A stretch of 64,000 nucleotides of DNA from a virus. Its lineage: Duplodnaviria > Heunggongvirae > Uroviricota > Caudoviricetes. The position numbers and the translations under genes are program-made. The stretch lies in the IMG/VR virus record IMGVR_UViG_3300028585_000514; one strand, given 5' to 3'. Positions 56,009 through 64,000 of the stretch are shown here, piece after piece (the first letter of the stretch is position 1; each line of letters opens with the position of its first letter). The notes under the pieces were generated by a model, which made no database searches, was not told the DNA's origin, and saw only the letters and a program-made list of their open reading frames with translations.

Positions 56009-56102
56009 TCAATTCAAGATGTTCAAATGGATTTCCTCTAGGTAAGATACACAACATCAACACATAAGGTGTTGTGTCCCAATAAATCTAATAAGGAACC
56101 AA

Positions 56103-58190
56103 ATGGATTTCGCGATTTTCAAAGACGCCGTGGCGCGTCAGTTCCAACGTATGCAGAAGCATGGCAAGCTGTTCCGCGTCGCAATCGAGAAGAAAGAAAT
56201 GCTCGAGGCGTACCAAGCTGGCTATCCAGAAGGAACCAACCCGATCTTCCGCCAGCGTGCTGAACACGACTGCAGCTGCTGCAACAACTTCATCGGCGCC
56301 ATCGGCAACGTCGTCGCAATCATCGACGGCAAAATCGAAACGATCTGGGACATCGACGTTTCCAAGAAAGAGCCAGCATACCAAGCCGTCGCCAATCACA
56401 TGGCAAACACGATCCGCAAGACCAAGCGCGTTACCGAAGATGGCGTCATCACCGACGAAATCATCGACCGTCCGCTGGCCGACGTGTTCCTGCACTTCGA
56501 AAATCGCGCAGGTAACGACTACACCTTCGAAGACCTGGTCACCGGTGGCCGCAAGCAGTGGAACCACTTCTTCGCAAACATCGATCGTGCTTACGTCGTC
56601 GCTGGTAAAGACATCGCCTCGACCCTGGCGCCGAAGCGTGATGCCAAGAACACCCTGCTGCGTGCACTGAAAGAAATCGACCTCGAATCGGCTGATGTCG
56701 TTCTCGAGCTGATCGACCAGAACTCCGTGTACCGCGGCCAAGAAAATCGCTGGGCCGTCGCCGAGTTCCGCAAGCTGAAGGTCGCCTTCGACAAGCTGAA
56801 GACCGACACCGATCGCGAAATCTTCGCATGGACCAATTCGCTGACCGTCAGCGGCGCCGTCTCCGGTATCCGCAACAACGCGATCGGTCAACTGCTGCAA
56901 TGGCTGACCGAAGGCATGGATGTTGACCAGGCCCTGGACAAGTTCGAACGCACCATCATGGCGCCGGGCAACTACAAGCGTCCATCGGCACCGGTCACCA
57001 AGAAGATGATCGAAGAAGCCAAAGCCAAGATCGAAAGCCTGGGCCTGACTTCGGCACTGCGCCGTCGCTTCGCTCAACTGACCGACATCAGCGTGAATGA
57101 CATCCTGTTCGCCGATCGTAGCGCCAAGACTGTCATGACCGGCGACGTGTTCGACGACCTGGCAGCATCGACCAGCAGCAAGGTCAAGGTCTCCGACAAG
57201 ATCGAAGAAATCGGCATCGAGAAGTTCATCACCGATGTCCTGCCGCGAATCAGCTCAATGGAAGTCCTGCTGGAAAATCGCCACGCCTCGAACCTCGTCA
57301 GCCTGATCGCGCCGGAAGACCCGACCGCCGGCCAGCTGTTCAAGTGGAACAACAACTTCAGCCTGTCCTACGTCGGCGGTATGGCCGACTCGATCAAGGA
57401 ACGTGTCAAGGCTGCTGGTGGTTCCGTCGTTGGCGACCTGTGCTGCCGTCTCGCCTGGTTTAACCACGACGACCTGGACTTCCACATGATCGAGCCATCG
57501 GGCTACGAAATCTACTTCGGCAGCCGCGGTCACACTTCGCCAAGCGGTGGTCGCCTCGACGTCGACATGAATGCTGGTGCCGGTACGACTCGCACTCCGG
57601 TCGAGAACATCTTCTACTCGAGCCGTCGCTCGATGAAGGAAGGCGTGTACCACCTGTTCGTCGAGAACTTCAGCAAGCGTGAAACGCAAGACGTCGGCTT
57701 CGAAGTCGAGATGGATTACATGGGTAACGTCCATCGCTTCGTGTTCGACAAGGCCGTCGCAAACAAGGCCCGCATCACGGTCGCTAAGTTCAAGTACTCG
57801 CATGCTAACGGTATCGAGATGATCGAGTCGCTGCCAAGCACCGAATCGTCGAAGCCGATGTGGAACCTGCCAACCCAAACCTTCCACCGCGTCAACGTCG
57901 CCATGCTTTCGCCGAACTTCTGGGAAGGTCAAGGCGTCGGCAACAAGCACTACCTGTTCATGCTCGACGGCATGTCCAGTGACGACGGCAGCACCCGTGG
58001 CTTCCTGAACGAGTTCCTGAAAGACGAACTCAACCCGCATCGCAAAGTCTTCGAAATGGTCGGCTCGAAGATCAAGGTCTCCGGCGAAGACAACCAACTG
58101 AGCGGCCTCGGCTTCTCGTCGACCCAACGTAACTCGGTGGTGGTCCGTGTCAAAGGCACCCTCACCCGCACCCTGAAAATCACCTTCTAA
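56103..58190 (+). CDS. Large hypothetical protein with YfaP/DUF2135-like C-terminal domain
   Basis: HDCSCC; LAWFNHDDLDFHMIEP...GGRLDVDMNAG...PVENIF. Confidence 0.8.
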   Translation: MDFAIFKDAVARQFQRMQKHGKLFRVAIEKKEMLEAYQAGYPEGTNPIFRQRAEHDCSCCNNFIGAIGNVVAIIDGKIETIWDIDVSKKEPAYQAVANHMANTIRKTKRVTEDGVITDEIIDRPLADVFLHFENRAGNDYTFEDLVTGGRKQWNHFFANIDRAYVVAGKDIASTLAPKRDAKNTLLRALKEIDLESADVVLELIDQNSVYRGQENRWAVAEFRKLKVAFDKLKTDTDREIFAWTNSLTVSGAVSGIRNNAIGQLLQWLTEGMDVDQALDKFERTIMAPGNYKRPSAPVTKKMIEEAKAKIESLGLTSALRRRFAQLTDISVNDILFADRSAKTVMTGDVFDDLAASTSSKVKVSDKIEEIGIEKFITDVLPRISSMEVLLENRHASNLVSLIAPEDPTAGQLFKWNNNFSLSYVGGMADSIKERVKAAGGSVVGDLCCRLAWFNHDDLDFHMIEPSGYEIYFGSRGHTSPSGGRLDVDMNAGAGTTRTPVENIFYSSRRSMKEGVYHLFVENFSKRETQDVGFEVEMDYMGNVHRFVFDKAVANKARITVAKFKYSHANGIEMIESLPSTESSKPMWNLPTQTFHRVNVAMLSPNFWEGQGVGNKHYLFMLDGMSSDDGSTRGFLNEFLKDELNPHRKVFEMVGSKIKVSGEDNQLSGLGFSSTQRNSVVVRVKGTLTRTLKITF

Positions 58191-58207
58191 AACGAAAAGG
58201 AAACACC

Positions 58208-58663
58208 ATGAACACTCAAGCTACCGCTACCGCCGCAACCAACGAAACCGCTGTCGCAGCGACCGCCATCAACATGTTCGAAGTGGCTTCCCGCAAGAAG
58301 CTGCGCTTCGACAACCCGAACGGTGGCCAGCTGTCGGTCGAAGACCTGTGGGACCTGCCGCTGCAAAGCGAAAACAAGGCAAGCCTGGACAAGATCGCCG
58401 TCACCCTGTTCCGCAAGCTGCGTGACAATGAAGAAATGTCGTTCGTCAGCGAGACCACCTCGACCGACACCACTACCCAGCTGAAGTTCGACATCGTCCG
58501 CCACGTGATCGATACCCGCAAAGCCGAGAACGCGACCAAGCTGGAAGCATCCGCCAAGGCGACTCGCAAGAAGGAACTGGAACAGGCGCTGGCTGCAGCA
58601 CGTGCCGGTGACCTGGCTTCGAAGACCCCGGCCGAAATCGAGGCAATGATCGCTGCCCTGTAA
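58208..58663 (+). CDS. Hypothetical protein paired with upstream gene
   Basis: FEVASRKKLRF...LSVEDLWDLPL; UUCG terminator at 58686-58708. Confidence 0.8.
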   Translation: MNTQATATAATNETAVAATAINMFEVASRKKLRFDNPNGGQLSVEDLWDLPLQSENKASLDKIAVTLFRKLRDNEEMSFVSETTSTDTTTQLKFDIVRHVIDTRKAENATKLEASAKATRKKELEQALAAARAGDLASKTPAEIEAMIAAL

Positions 58664-58725
58664 TCCAAGGCAGGTGTAGAATAGAAAGGAGGCTTCGGCC
58701 TCCTTTTTGTTATAGGAGAATTGAA

Positions 58726-58935
58726 ATGAAAGTACGTGACATCAAGAAGAAGTACTACGCATTCCTGCAAAGTCTGGGGCGTCAATGCGACATATGCTTT
58801 GGGAAGCGCAGGTGCGTCCGAGGGAACGGCAATTTGATTCGGAAGGTGATAGTCTGTGACTATTGCTCGTGTGACCCTGAGGTGCATCTGAAGGTTGATG
58901 TGATCCGTCAAAAGCGGGATCATCAAAAAACTTAA
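58726..58935 (+). CDS. Small Cys-rich basic protein
   Basis: AGGAG RBS; CDIC, CDYC. Confidence 0.55.
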   Translation: MKVRDIKKKYYAFLQSLGRQCDICFGKRRCVRGNGNLIRKVIVCDYCSCDPEVHLKVDVIRQKRDHQKT

Positions 58936-58943
58936 AAAAGAAT

Positions 58944-58982
58944 TGTACATTCTTCAAGTTACTTGATATTATAGCTACATCG
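58944..58982 (+). promoter_or_regulatory. Phage early promoter
   Basis: TGTACA-N17-TATTAT-AGCTACATCG. Confidence 0.75.
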
Positions 58983-59008
58983 ACAAATGCTTTAAAGAGG
59001 AAACAAAC

Positions 59009-59260
59009 ATGACCACGACCATGCTGAAAGACATCACCAAAGCGATCAAAGCCGAAAAAGATGCAGGTGCCTTCAAGCTGCGCCTGATCATGCTGATGAC
59101 CATCCAGAAGAATGGCCGTGAGATTCCTCAAGTCACCAATGTCGCCGAATTCGAAACCAGCCACATCCTCCTGAAATCCGGCAAAGTTGCTGGATGGCTG
59201 AAAAACACGATTGAAGGCGATTCGAACGCGACCTACTTCAAAGTGGAACGTCTCAAATAA
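59009..59260 (+). CDS. Early hypothetical protein
   Basis: GAGG RBS. Confidence 0.7.
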   Translation: MTTTMLKDITKAIKAEKDAGAFKLRLIMLMTIQKNGREIPQVTNVAEFETSHILLKSGKVAGWLKNTIEGDSNATYFKVERLK

Positions 59261-59275
59261 TTATCGGAGCTGAAT

Positions 59276-59476
59276 ATGGTAACCTTCAAAGATCGCCAAG
59301 TAGAAAAGATTGGTCTCGTGGTCGATGTATTCCTGGCCGACGGGAATCGCAAGCCGAAGAAAACCGGCACGATCTATCGCGTACGTGATGGCTGGCAGTA
59401 CCAGATTTCCAAAAAGCACCTCGGTGAAGTGTTGCCGACTCTCGATGCAGTCAAACAATCTTTGATCGGCGACTAA
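59276..59476 (+). CDS. Early hypothetical protein
   Basis: GGAG RBS. Confidence 0.65.
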   Translation: MVTFKDRQVEKIGLVVDVFLADGNRKPKKTGTIYRVRDGWQYQISKKHLGEVLPTLDAVKQSLIGD

Positions 59477-59483
59477 AAAATAT

Positions 59484-59522
59484 TGTACAGAACTTAAAGT
59501 TCTGGATATAATGTCTCTATCG
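59484..59522 (+). promoter_or_regulatory. Phage early promoter
   Basis: TGTACA-N17-TATAAT-GTCTCTATCG. Confidence 0.75.
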
Positions 59523-59543
59523 AAACGAACTTGAAGGAACATC

Positions 59544-59948
59544 ATGAAAAACCAAAATCGTCTGGCTCGCCAAGTAATGGAAACCCTGGAAAAAGCATTC
59601 GGTGCCCCAAATGATGCGATGTTCCACAAGACCAATGCTTTGGCTTCGAACTTCTTTAACACCAGCGAGCCTCGCGTCAAGGTCGCGGTGATCACTACTC
59701 TGACCAAGGAATGCGATGTCAAGGACATCACGGTCACAGTAGCAGTGGAAGAGGAAGATCGTCCAGGCGTCTACTTCGCAATCGGTGATCGTCTCCACTT
59801 CGATACCACCAAGCCGATGTTTGCCAAGTTCGAGTTCCACAAAGAACTGCGTAAGAAGATGTCGACCACCTCGGCAGCTACCGACTTCCCAGCTCCGCTG
59901 AAGTCCGATGTCTTGGCCTTCGCCAAAGAACTGACGGAGGTGCTGTAA
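59544..59948 (+). CDS. Early hypothetical protein
   Basis: AAGGA RBS. Confidence 0.7.
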   Translation: MKNQNRLARQVMETLEKAFGAPNDAMFHKTNALASNFFNTSEPRVKVAVITTLTKECDVKDITVTVAVEEEDRPGVYFAIGDRLHFDTTKPMFAKFEFHKELRKKMSTTSAATDFPAPLKSDVLAFAKELTEVL

Positions 59949-60136
59949 TGAAGAAAGGCTACATGACGGCTGAAGTGAACTTCGGTCGCTACACCGTCGA
60001 ACTGACTGGACCAAATGCAAAGGTTTGGGTTGGTCCAGGTGATGCCGAATACGATGGCGAAATCGACGGGATCGAACAAAAATACCCTGATCTGTGGAAA
60101 CACCTGATCGACAACAAATTCATCAAGTCTGCTTAA
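59948..60136 (+). CDS. Early hypothetical protein
   Basis: TAATG coupling, GGAGG RBS. Confidence 0.65.
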   Translation: MKKGYMTAEVNFGRYTVELTGPNAKVWVGPGDAEYDGEIDGIEQKYPDLWKHLIDNKFIKSA

Positions 60137-60140
60137 TTGA

Positions 60141-60179
60141 TGTACACATCTTCAAGTTCTGTGTATAATGAATCTATCG
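60141..60179 (+). promoter_or_regulatory. Phage early promoter
   Basis: TGTACA-N17-TATAAT-GAATCTATCG. Confidence 0.75.
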
Positions 60180-60203
60180 ACACAGAACTTGAAGGAAAAT
60201 AAT

Positions 60204-60434
60204 ATGGCACTGTCTGAAATCGAAAAGCAGAAGCTGATCAAGAAAATGGATCGCAAGCGCGACACGCTGAAGAACGCGACCAAACGCTATCGGACTATCT
60301 GCCAGTCAGTGTACCGGGTCGTTGATGCATACGACGATGCCAAGGATCAAATGAAGGAAGCAGGCCTGTGGGGCGACTGGTGCAAGAAGAACGGTTATGC
60401 ATTTGGTCACGATGCTTCGGACTTCTTCGCATAA
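60204..60434 (+). CDS. Early hypothetical protein
   Basis: AAGGA RBS, ATG 60204. Confidence 0.7.
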   Translation: MALSEIEKQKLIKKMDRKRDTLKNATKRYRTICQSVYRVVDAYDDAKDQMKEAGLWGDWCKKNGYAFGHDASDFFA

Positions 60435-60449
60435 CTAAAAGGATACGAC

Positions 60450-60755
60450 ATGAAGTGGAATACCCTGAACATCAGTCTCGGCACCAACACCATCGAAGGC
60501 GATCGCAATCTGCTGAATCTGCTGACCTTCGAGAACATCGAGGAGGTGGACCTCGAAGAGTTGCTGGATGATTCCGAAGGCAACGCCGAAGGAACGATCA
60601 GTATCTTCCTGAAGACCAATGGCGGCTTCGACAACATCAACATCAATGGTGAGCACTTCTCGCCACTGCTGATCGCGTACAACACCTGGAACGCTGATGA
60701 GCAGAAGGTGCTGATTAGCGAACTGAAAGAAAAGCTGGAACGTGAAATGAAATAG
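60450..60755 (+). CDS. Acidic hypothetical protein
   Basis: AAGGA RBS; UUCG terminator 60757-60781. Confidence 0.7.
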   Translation: MKWNTLNISLGTNTIEGDRNLLNLLTFENIEEVDLEELLDDSEGNAEGTISIFLKTNGGFDNININGEHFSPLLIAYNTWNADEQKVLISELKEKLEREMK

Positions 60756-60835
60756 CAAAAGGCTCCTTCGGGAGTCTTTTTGCTGTATGGGATACTATTT
60801 GATAAATACTAGCATCCCATATTATAGGAAAAAAT

Positions 60836-61696
60836 ATGAACCTAATTCAAGAACTTCTGTCGTTGAACGAATCCCGTTATGACGATGAAGATGATGCACC
60901 AAAAGTCTTTGCTCCGATAGTGGAGAAGGACGCGTTCATCCTTTGCAGTGATGATGCCGATGATGCACGTCGCATTAAGCGCATCAACATCGAAAAGCTC
61001 ACCGAGAAAGATGTCGGCAAGGATGTCTACACGCTGTACAGTATGTCCATCGGCAACTACGCCTTGGTGAAGGGCAAGATTACTAAAATCAATGTCCGTA
61101 AAGGCGATCCAAAGGATGCGATGGTGCAGTATCGCTACGACAAGATCACTGGCTCGGTTAAGCTGTATAACACCGACAAAAAGTTCGGCAGTGGTGAATA
61201 TTACATCGACTCCAGCAGTGGCTTGAGCAGCGGCTACCACGAAGTTGATGACGTCGAAGCGTTCATCGAAAAGATGAACAAAAAGCATAAGGACGATTTC
61301 GACTTCAAGAACATCGATCCGAAAATCGCTAAGGAAGCTGTTGCCAAACTGAATTTGGACAAAGTGTCGCGCGAGTTTGATCTGGATGGGAAGACTTGGG
61401 AAGTTTCGGCTTCGGTCAGCGCATCCAGCAAATACGTTCACCTCGCGGTGCTTCACACTCCTAAAGGCGGTGGCAACATCAAGCATGGCAATCGTATGGA
61501 AATCTTCTACATGCCATCTGGTGAAGGTGTGTTCAAACGTCACTTCGGTTCCTTCGACGTGCCACGTTCACCGCAAGCATGGATGAATCTGAAGACTGAA
61601 GTCACTGAGAAAGAAATGGCTGACGAAATCAAGAAGGCGTTTAAGTTGGCTAAGACCAAAGACGCTGATGCATACCATCGCGAGTTCAGTAAGTAA
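60836..61696 (+). CDS. Late hypothetical protein (possible internal head protein)
   Basis: GATAAATA at 60801-60808 within tatgggat/atcccata hairpin; MNLIQELLSLNES. Confidence 0.8.
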   Translation: MNLIQELLSLNESRYDDEDDAPKVFAPIVEKDAFILCSDDADDARRIKRINIEKLTEKDVGKDVYTLYSMSIGNYALVKGKITKINVRKGDPKDAMVQYRYDKITGSVKLYNTDKKFGSGEYYIDSSSGLSSGYHEVDDVEAFIEKMNKKHKDDFDFKNIDPKIAKEAVAKLNLDKVSREFDLDGKTWEVSASVSASSKYVHLAVLHTPKGGGNIKHGNRMEIFYMPSGEGVFKRHFGSFDVPRSPQAWMNLKTEVTEKEMADEIKKAFKLAKTKDADAYHREFSK

Positions 61697-61775
61697 TACG
61701 TTGTCAAGATGCAAAAGGCTCCCGAAGGAGCCTTTTTTGTTTAGAATGTTCACACCACAATAATAGGAACATTCC

Positions 61776-61955
61776 ATGCAGAACAAACCAATTCGAGGCT
61801 TTGACCTCCTCATCGGCGAGACGATCAAGAAGATCGATGCCACTTCAATCAATGTCGTTACGATTGAGACAGAAAGCGGTAAGAGCATTGAAATCGATTG
61901 CGATGAACAACACTACCAAATCGGGATTCTAAGGTGCCAGGCGGCGTCTGAGTGA
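61776..61955 (+). CDS. Small hypothetical protein (59 aa, absent from ORF track)
   Basis: AGGA RBS, MQNKPIRGFDLLIGETIKKID...QAASE-TGA; lies between two terminators. Confidence 0.65.
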   Translation: MQNKPIRGFDLLIGETIKKIDATSINVVTIETESGKSIEIDCDEQHYQIGILRCQAASE

Positions 61956-61985
61956 ACCAGGCAATAATACGAAAGCAGTAGATGC

Positions 61986-62014
61986 AAAAAAGGCTCCCAA
62001 CGGGAGCCTTTTTT
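61986..62014. terminator. Bidirectional terminator
   Basis: aaaaaggctccc / gggagccttttt. Confidence 0.8.
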
Positions 62015-62039
62015 ATTTGTTACCTAACTACCTTATCGA

Positions 62040-63245
62040 TTAGATGAAGGATAGGTTAGCCACGTTGATACGACCGTAGTAGTCAGCTGAGTTACCTAGG
62101 CTGGTTGCGGTGTCGACGAAGGTCGCTTTACCGTAACGAGTCATTAGGCTGACTTGTGGGTTGTAAGTGGTTGGGTCGATAACGACATTGCTTGACATCA
62201 ATGGGATGTATGGGCAGTAGAAGTAACCAGTATCCATCTCACCATTGCCACCTTTGTAACCCATCACGATTGGTTCAGTGCCCTGATCGTGGTAGATGTA
62301 GGTGTAAACTTTGATCGAACCGTTTAGGGTACCGATTAGCTTGGTGTTGTTTGGACCTTCGAACGAACCTTGCACAGCTGGAGCGAACACTGCCTTGCTT
62401 GCTGATTGTAGGACTGAAGCAACTAGTGGGGACACCACGATGAAGTTTGCAGCACCACGACGGGTCTTACGAGCGATTTCCATTGCCACTTTGTTGATTA
62501 GCACGCCTAGAACTGCGAAGCGGTCACCAACGTAGTGTGGAGTACCAGTGAAGCTGGTTGAAGCCATGTCGAAAGTCTCGACGGTACCAGCTAGTAGACG
62601 TAGGTCATTTAGGATTTCGTTGTCGATTTCCGACACGATTTCTGCTGATAGAGCTGAGGTGATTTCTGCTTCTAGATCAAGACCGTGCTGTGAGCTTAGG
62701 TCTTGCATTGCTTCGACTGACCACTTAGCTTGTAGCTTACGTGAGCCAGCGGTCACAGTTTGCTTCAAGACTTCTAGTTGTAGCTGACGGCCACCGAAAG
62801 CTTCGAATTCTGAGGTTGAACCTGCTAGACCGGTTGCGGTCTCAACACCACCGACGTCAGCGGTACCACCGGAGTAGAAACGCTTGGTCTTGCTGTTGTT
62901 TGCGAATAGTTCAGTACCAGCAGCGATATCGGTGTGGGTGTCGCCGGTTGCTAGACCTTGCGAGAATAGGAAGCGTAGGGAGTACGCTAGACCCACTGGA
63001 CCGGACATTGGCTGAACGCCGACTAGTTCGGAAGCGATGGTACCTGGGATGATACGACGGATCATCGGAATGACGATCTTCTGGAAGTTGCTGATCGCAC
63101 CAGCGGCGGTAACGCCAGCAGCTGCGGATTCAATTAGGTGCTGCTTTTGGTTCTCTAGCAGAGGAGCAACGATTGCTTTCTTCTGCTCTGACAAGCCACC
63201 AAGAAGTGCTTGTTTAGTTTCTGACCAATTTTCGAAAAGTTCCAT
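62040..63245 (-). CDS. Major capsid protein (gp23-like)
   Basis: LLENQ, GVQPMSGPVG, SRKLQAKWSVEAMQDL, FYCPYIPL, MTRYG. Confidence 0.95.
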   Translation of the reverse strand: MELFENWSETKQALLGGLSEQKKAIVAPLLENQKQHLIESAAAGVTAAGAISNFQKIVIPMIRRIIPGTIASELVGVQPMSGPVGLAYSLRFLFSQGLATGDTHTDIAAGTELFANNSKTKRFYSGGTADVGGVETATGLAGSTSEFEAFGGRQLQLEVLKQTVTAGSRKLQAKWSVEAMQDLSSQHGLDLEAEITSALSAEIVSEIDNEILNDLRLLAGTVETFDMASTSFTGTPHYVGDRFAVLGVLINKVAMEIARKTRRGAANFIVVSPLVASVLQSASKAVFAPAVQGSFEGPNNTKLIGTLNGSIKVYTYIYHDQGTEPIVMGYKGGNGEMDTGYFYCPYIPLMSSNVVIDPTTYNPQVSLMTRYGKATFVDTATSLGNSADYYGRINVANLSFI

Positions 63246-63274
63246 TTAATTAACTCCTATTTTAACTTTATAAG

Positions 63275-64000
63275 TTATTGTGCTTTAACACCGGCGAGGC
63301 TAAGCATTCTGATTGTAGCTAGACCCTGTTTTGCGACTGGTTCTGCTTTAACTTCCTTAGTACCTTCCTCGAGAGTGTCACCAGTCTTAACGACGTTGGC
63401 GGTCTCTTTTGACTCGGTCAAGGTGTTTTTCTCTTGGACGTCTTCTTTAAGAATACGGCCGACGAAACGGTTGTACGCTTCTTGTAGCTTGCTGGTTTCT
63501 ACATTTTGTAGAATCAGAGCCATTTGTTCGCGCTTGACACCTGATAGAGGTGCTAGAACTTCATCTAGTTTCTTAACGCGGTTTGCTTTCTTTTCAGCCT
63601 GTTCTGATTCGAATAGACGGGTTTCTGCATCTGAAAGCTTGTCTTCTAGAACTGAAATCTTCTTGAAGAGTGAGTCTTCGTCAACGAATGACTTGTTGAA
63701 TTCGGACATGAAGGATTCGAAAATCTTACGACCAAACTGATTTTCTTTGACAACTTCAAGGTCATCCTTGAATTCTGACATTTCTTCTTCGATACGGTAC
63801 TCGAGGAAGGTGTCTAGCTTGTCAACGATCTGATCTAGTTCTTCGCCTAGCTTTTCAGCTAGAGCTTTCTTTTCTTCAACTAGCTTAGCTGCCATTTCGA
63901 CTTCTAGATCGCGGAAAGCTGCGACGTCGTCTGAGAATTCAGCCATTTCTTCCTTTAGCAAAGCTTCGAGTTTTTCATCGATGCTTTCAACTAGAGCTTC
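63275..64000 (-). CDS. Prohead core scaffolding protein (gp22-like), 5'-partial
   Basis: Acidic coiled coil, ENQFGRKIFESF; directly upstream of capsid gene; frame open to window end. Confidence 0.8.
   Translation of the reverse strand, partial: EALVESIDEKLEALLKEEMAEFSDDVAAFRDLEVEMAAKLVEEKKALAEKLGEELDQIVDKLDTFLEYRIEEEMSEFKDDLEVVKENQFGRKIFESFMSEFNKSFVDEDSLFKKISVLEDKLSDAETRLFESEQAEKKANRVKKLDEVLAPLSGVKREQMALILQNVETSKLQEAYNRFVGRILKEDVQEKNTLTESKETANVVKTGDTLEEGTKEVKAEPVAKQGLATIRMLSLAGVKAQ

Noticed and set aside
1-64000. Stop-codon reassignment
   Set aside because: Conserved genes are intact under code 11, and TAA, TGA and TAG all end plausible genes
1-64000. tRNA genes or CRISPR array
   Set aside because: No cloverleaf with T-loop consensus and no regularly spaced repeats seen; recurring GGAGCC/TTCG elements are terminators. 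tRNAscan-SE would confirm

Overview
This 64 kb window is part of a large T4-superfamily-like (probably jumbo) myophage genome. It holds, in order: a recombination/replication block (gp32-like SSB, UvsX, UvsY, UvsW, clamp loaders, NrdAB, dCMP deaminase, GroES-like chaperonin); a GH108 endolysin; two separated fragments of a DnaE-like polymerase core; putative RNA-repair and anti-host enzymes (two Pol-beta-type nucleotidyltransferases, RNA ligase, Thg1, ART-like, GNAT, H-NS); a minus-strand morphogenesis block (neck, tail terminator, sheath, tube, fibre) followed by a ~9 kb cluster of 3 glycosyltransferase-like genes, 3 radical-SAM enzymes, an SGNH-like protein and an unannotated 31-aa peptide; many small early genes behind a repeated TGTACA-N17-TAnnAT promoter; and the major capsid and scaffold genes. 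The best candidates for new biology are (1) the radical-SAM/glycosyltransferase cluster, possibly a virion-modification pathway, (2) the split mini-DnaE whose catalytic DIDID motif lies upstream of any canonical start codon, (3) T4-type late promoters repeatedly embedded in hairpins, several hiding the RBS, and (4) late genes sharing a capsid-targeting-like N-terminus. I saw no tRNA, rRNA or CRISPR array. All protein calls come from motif recognition by eye, not from database searches.
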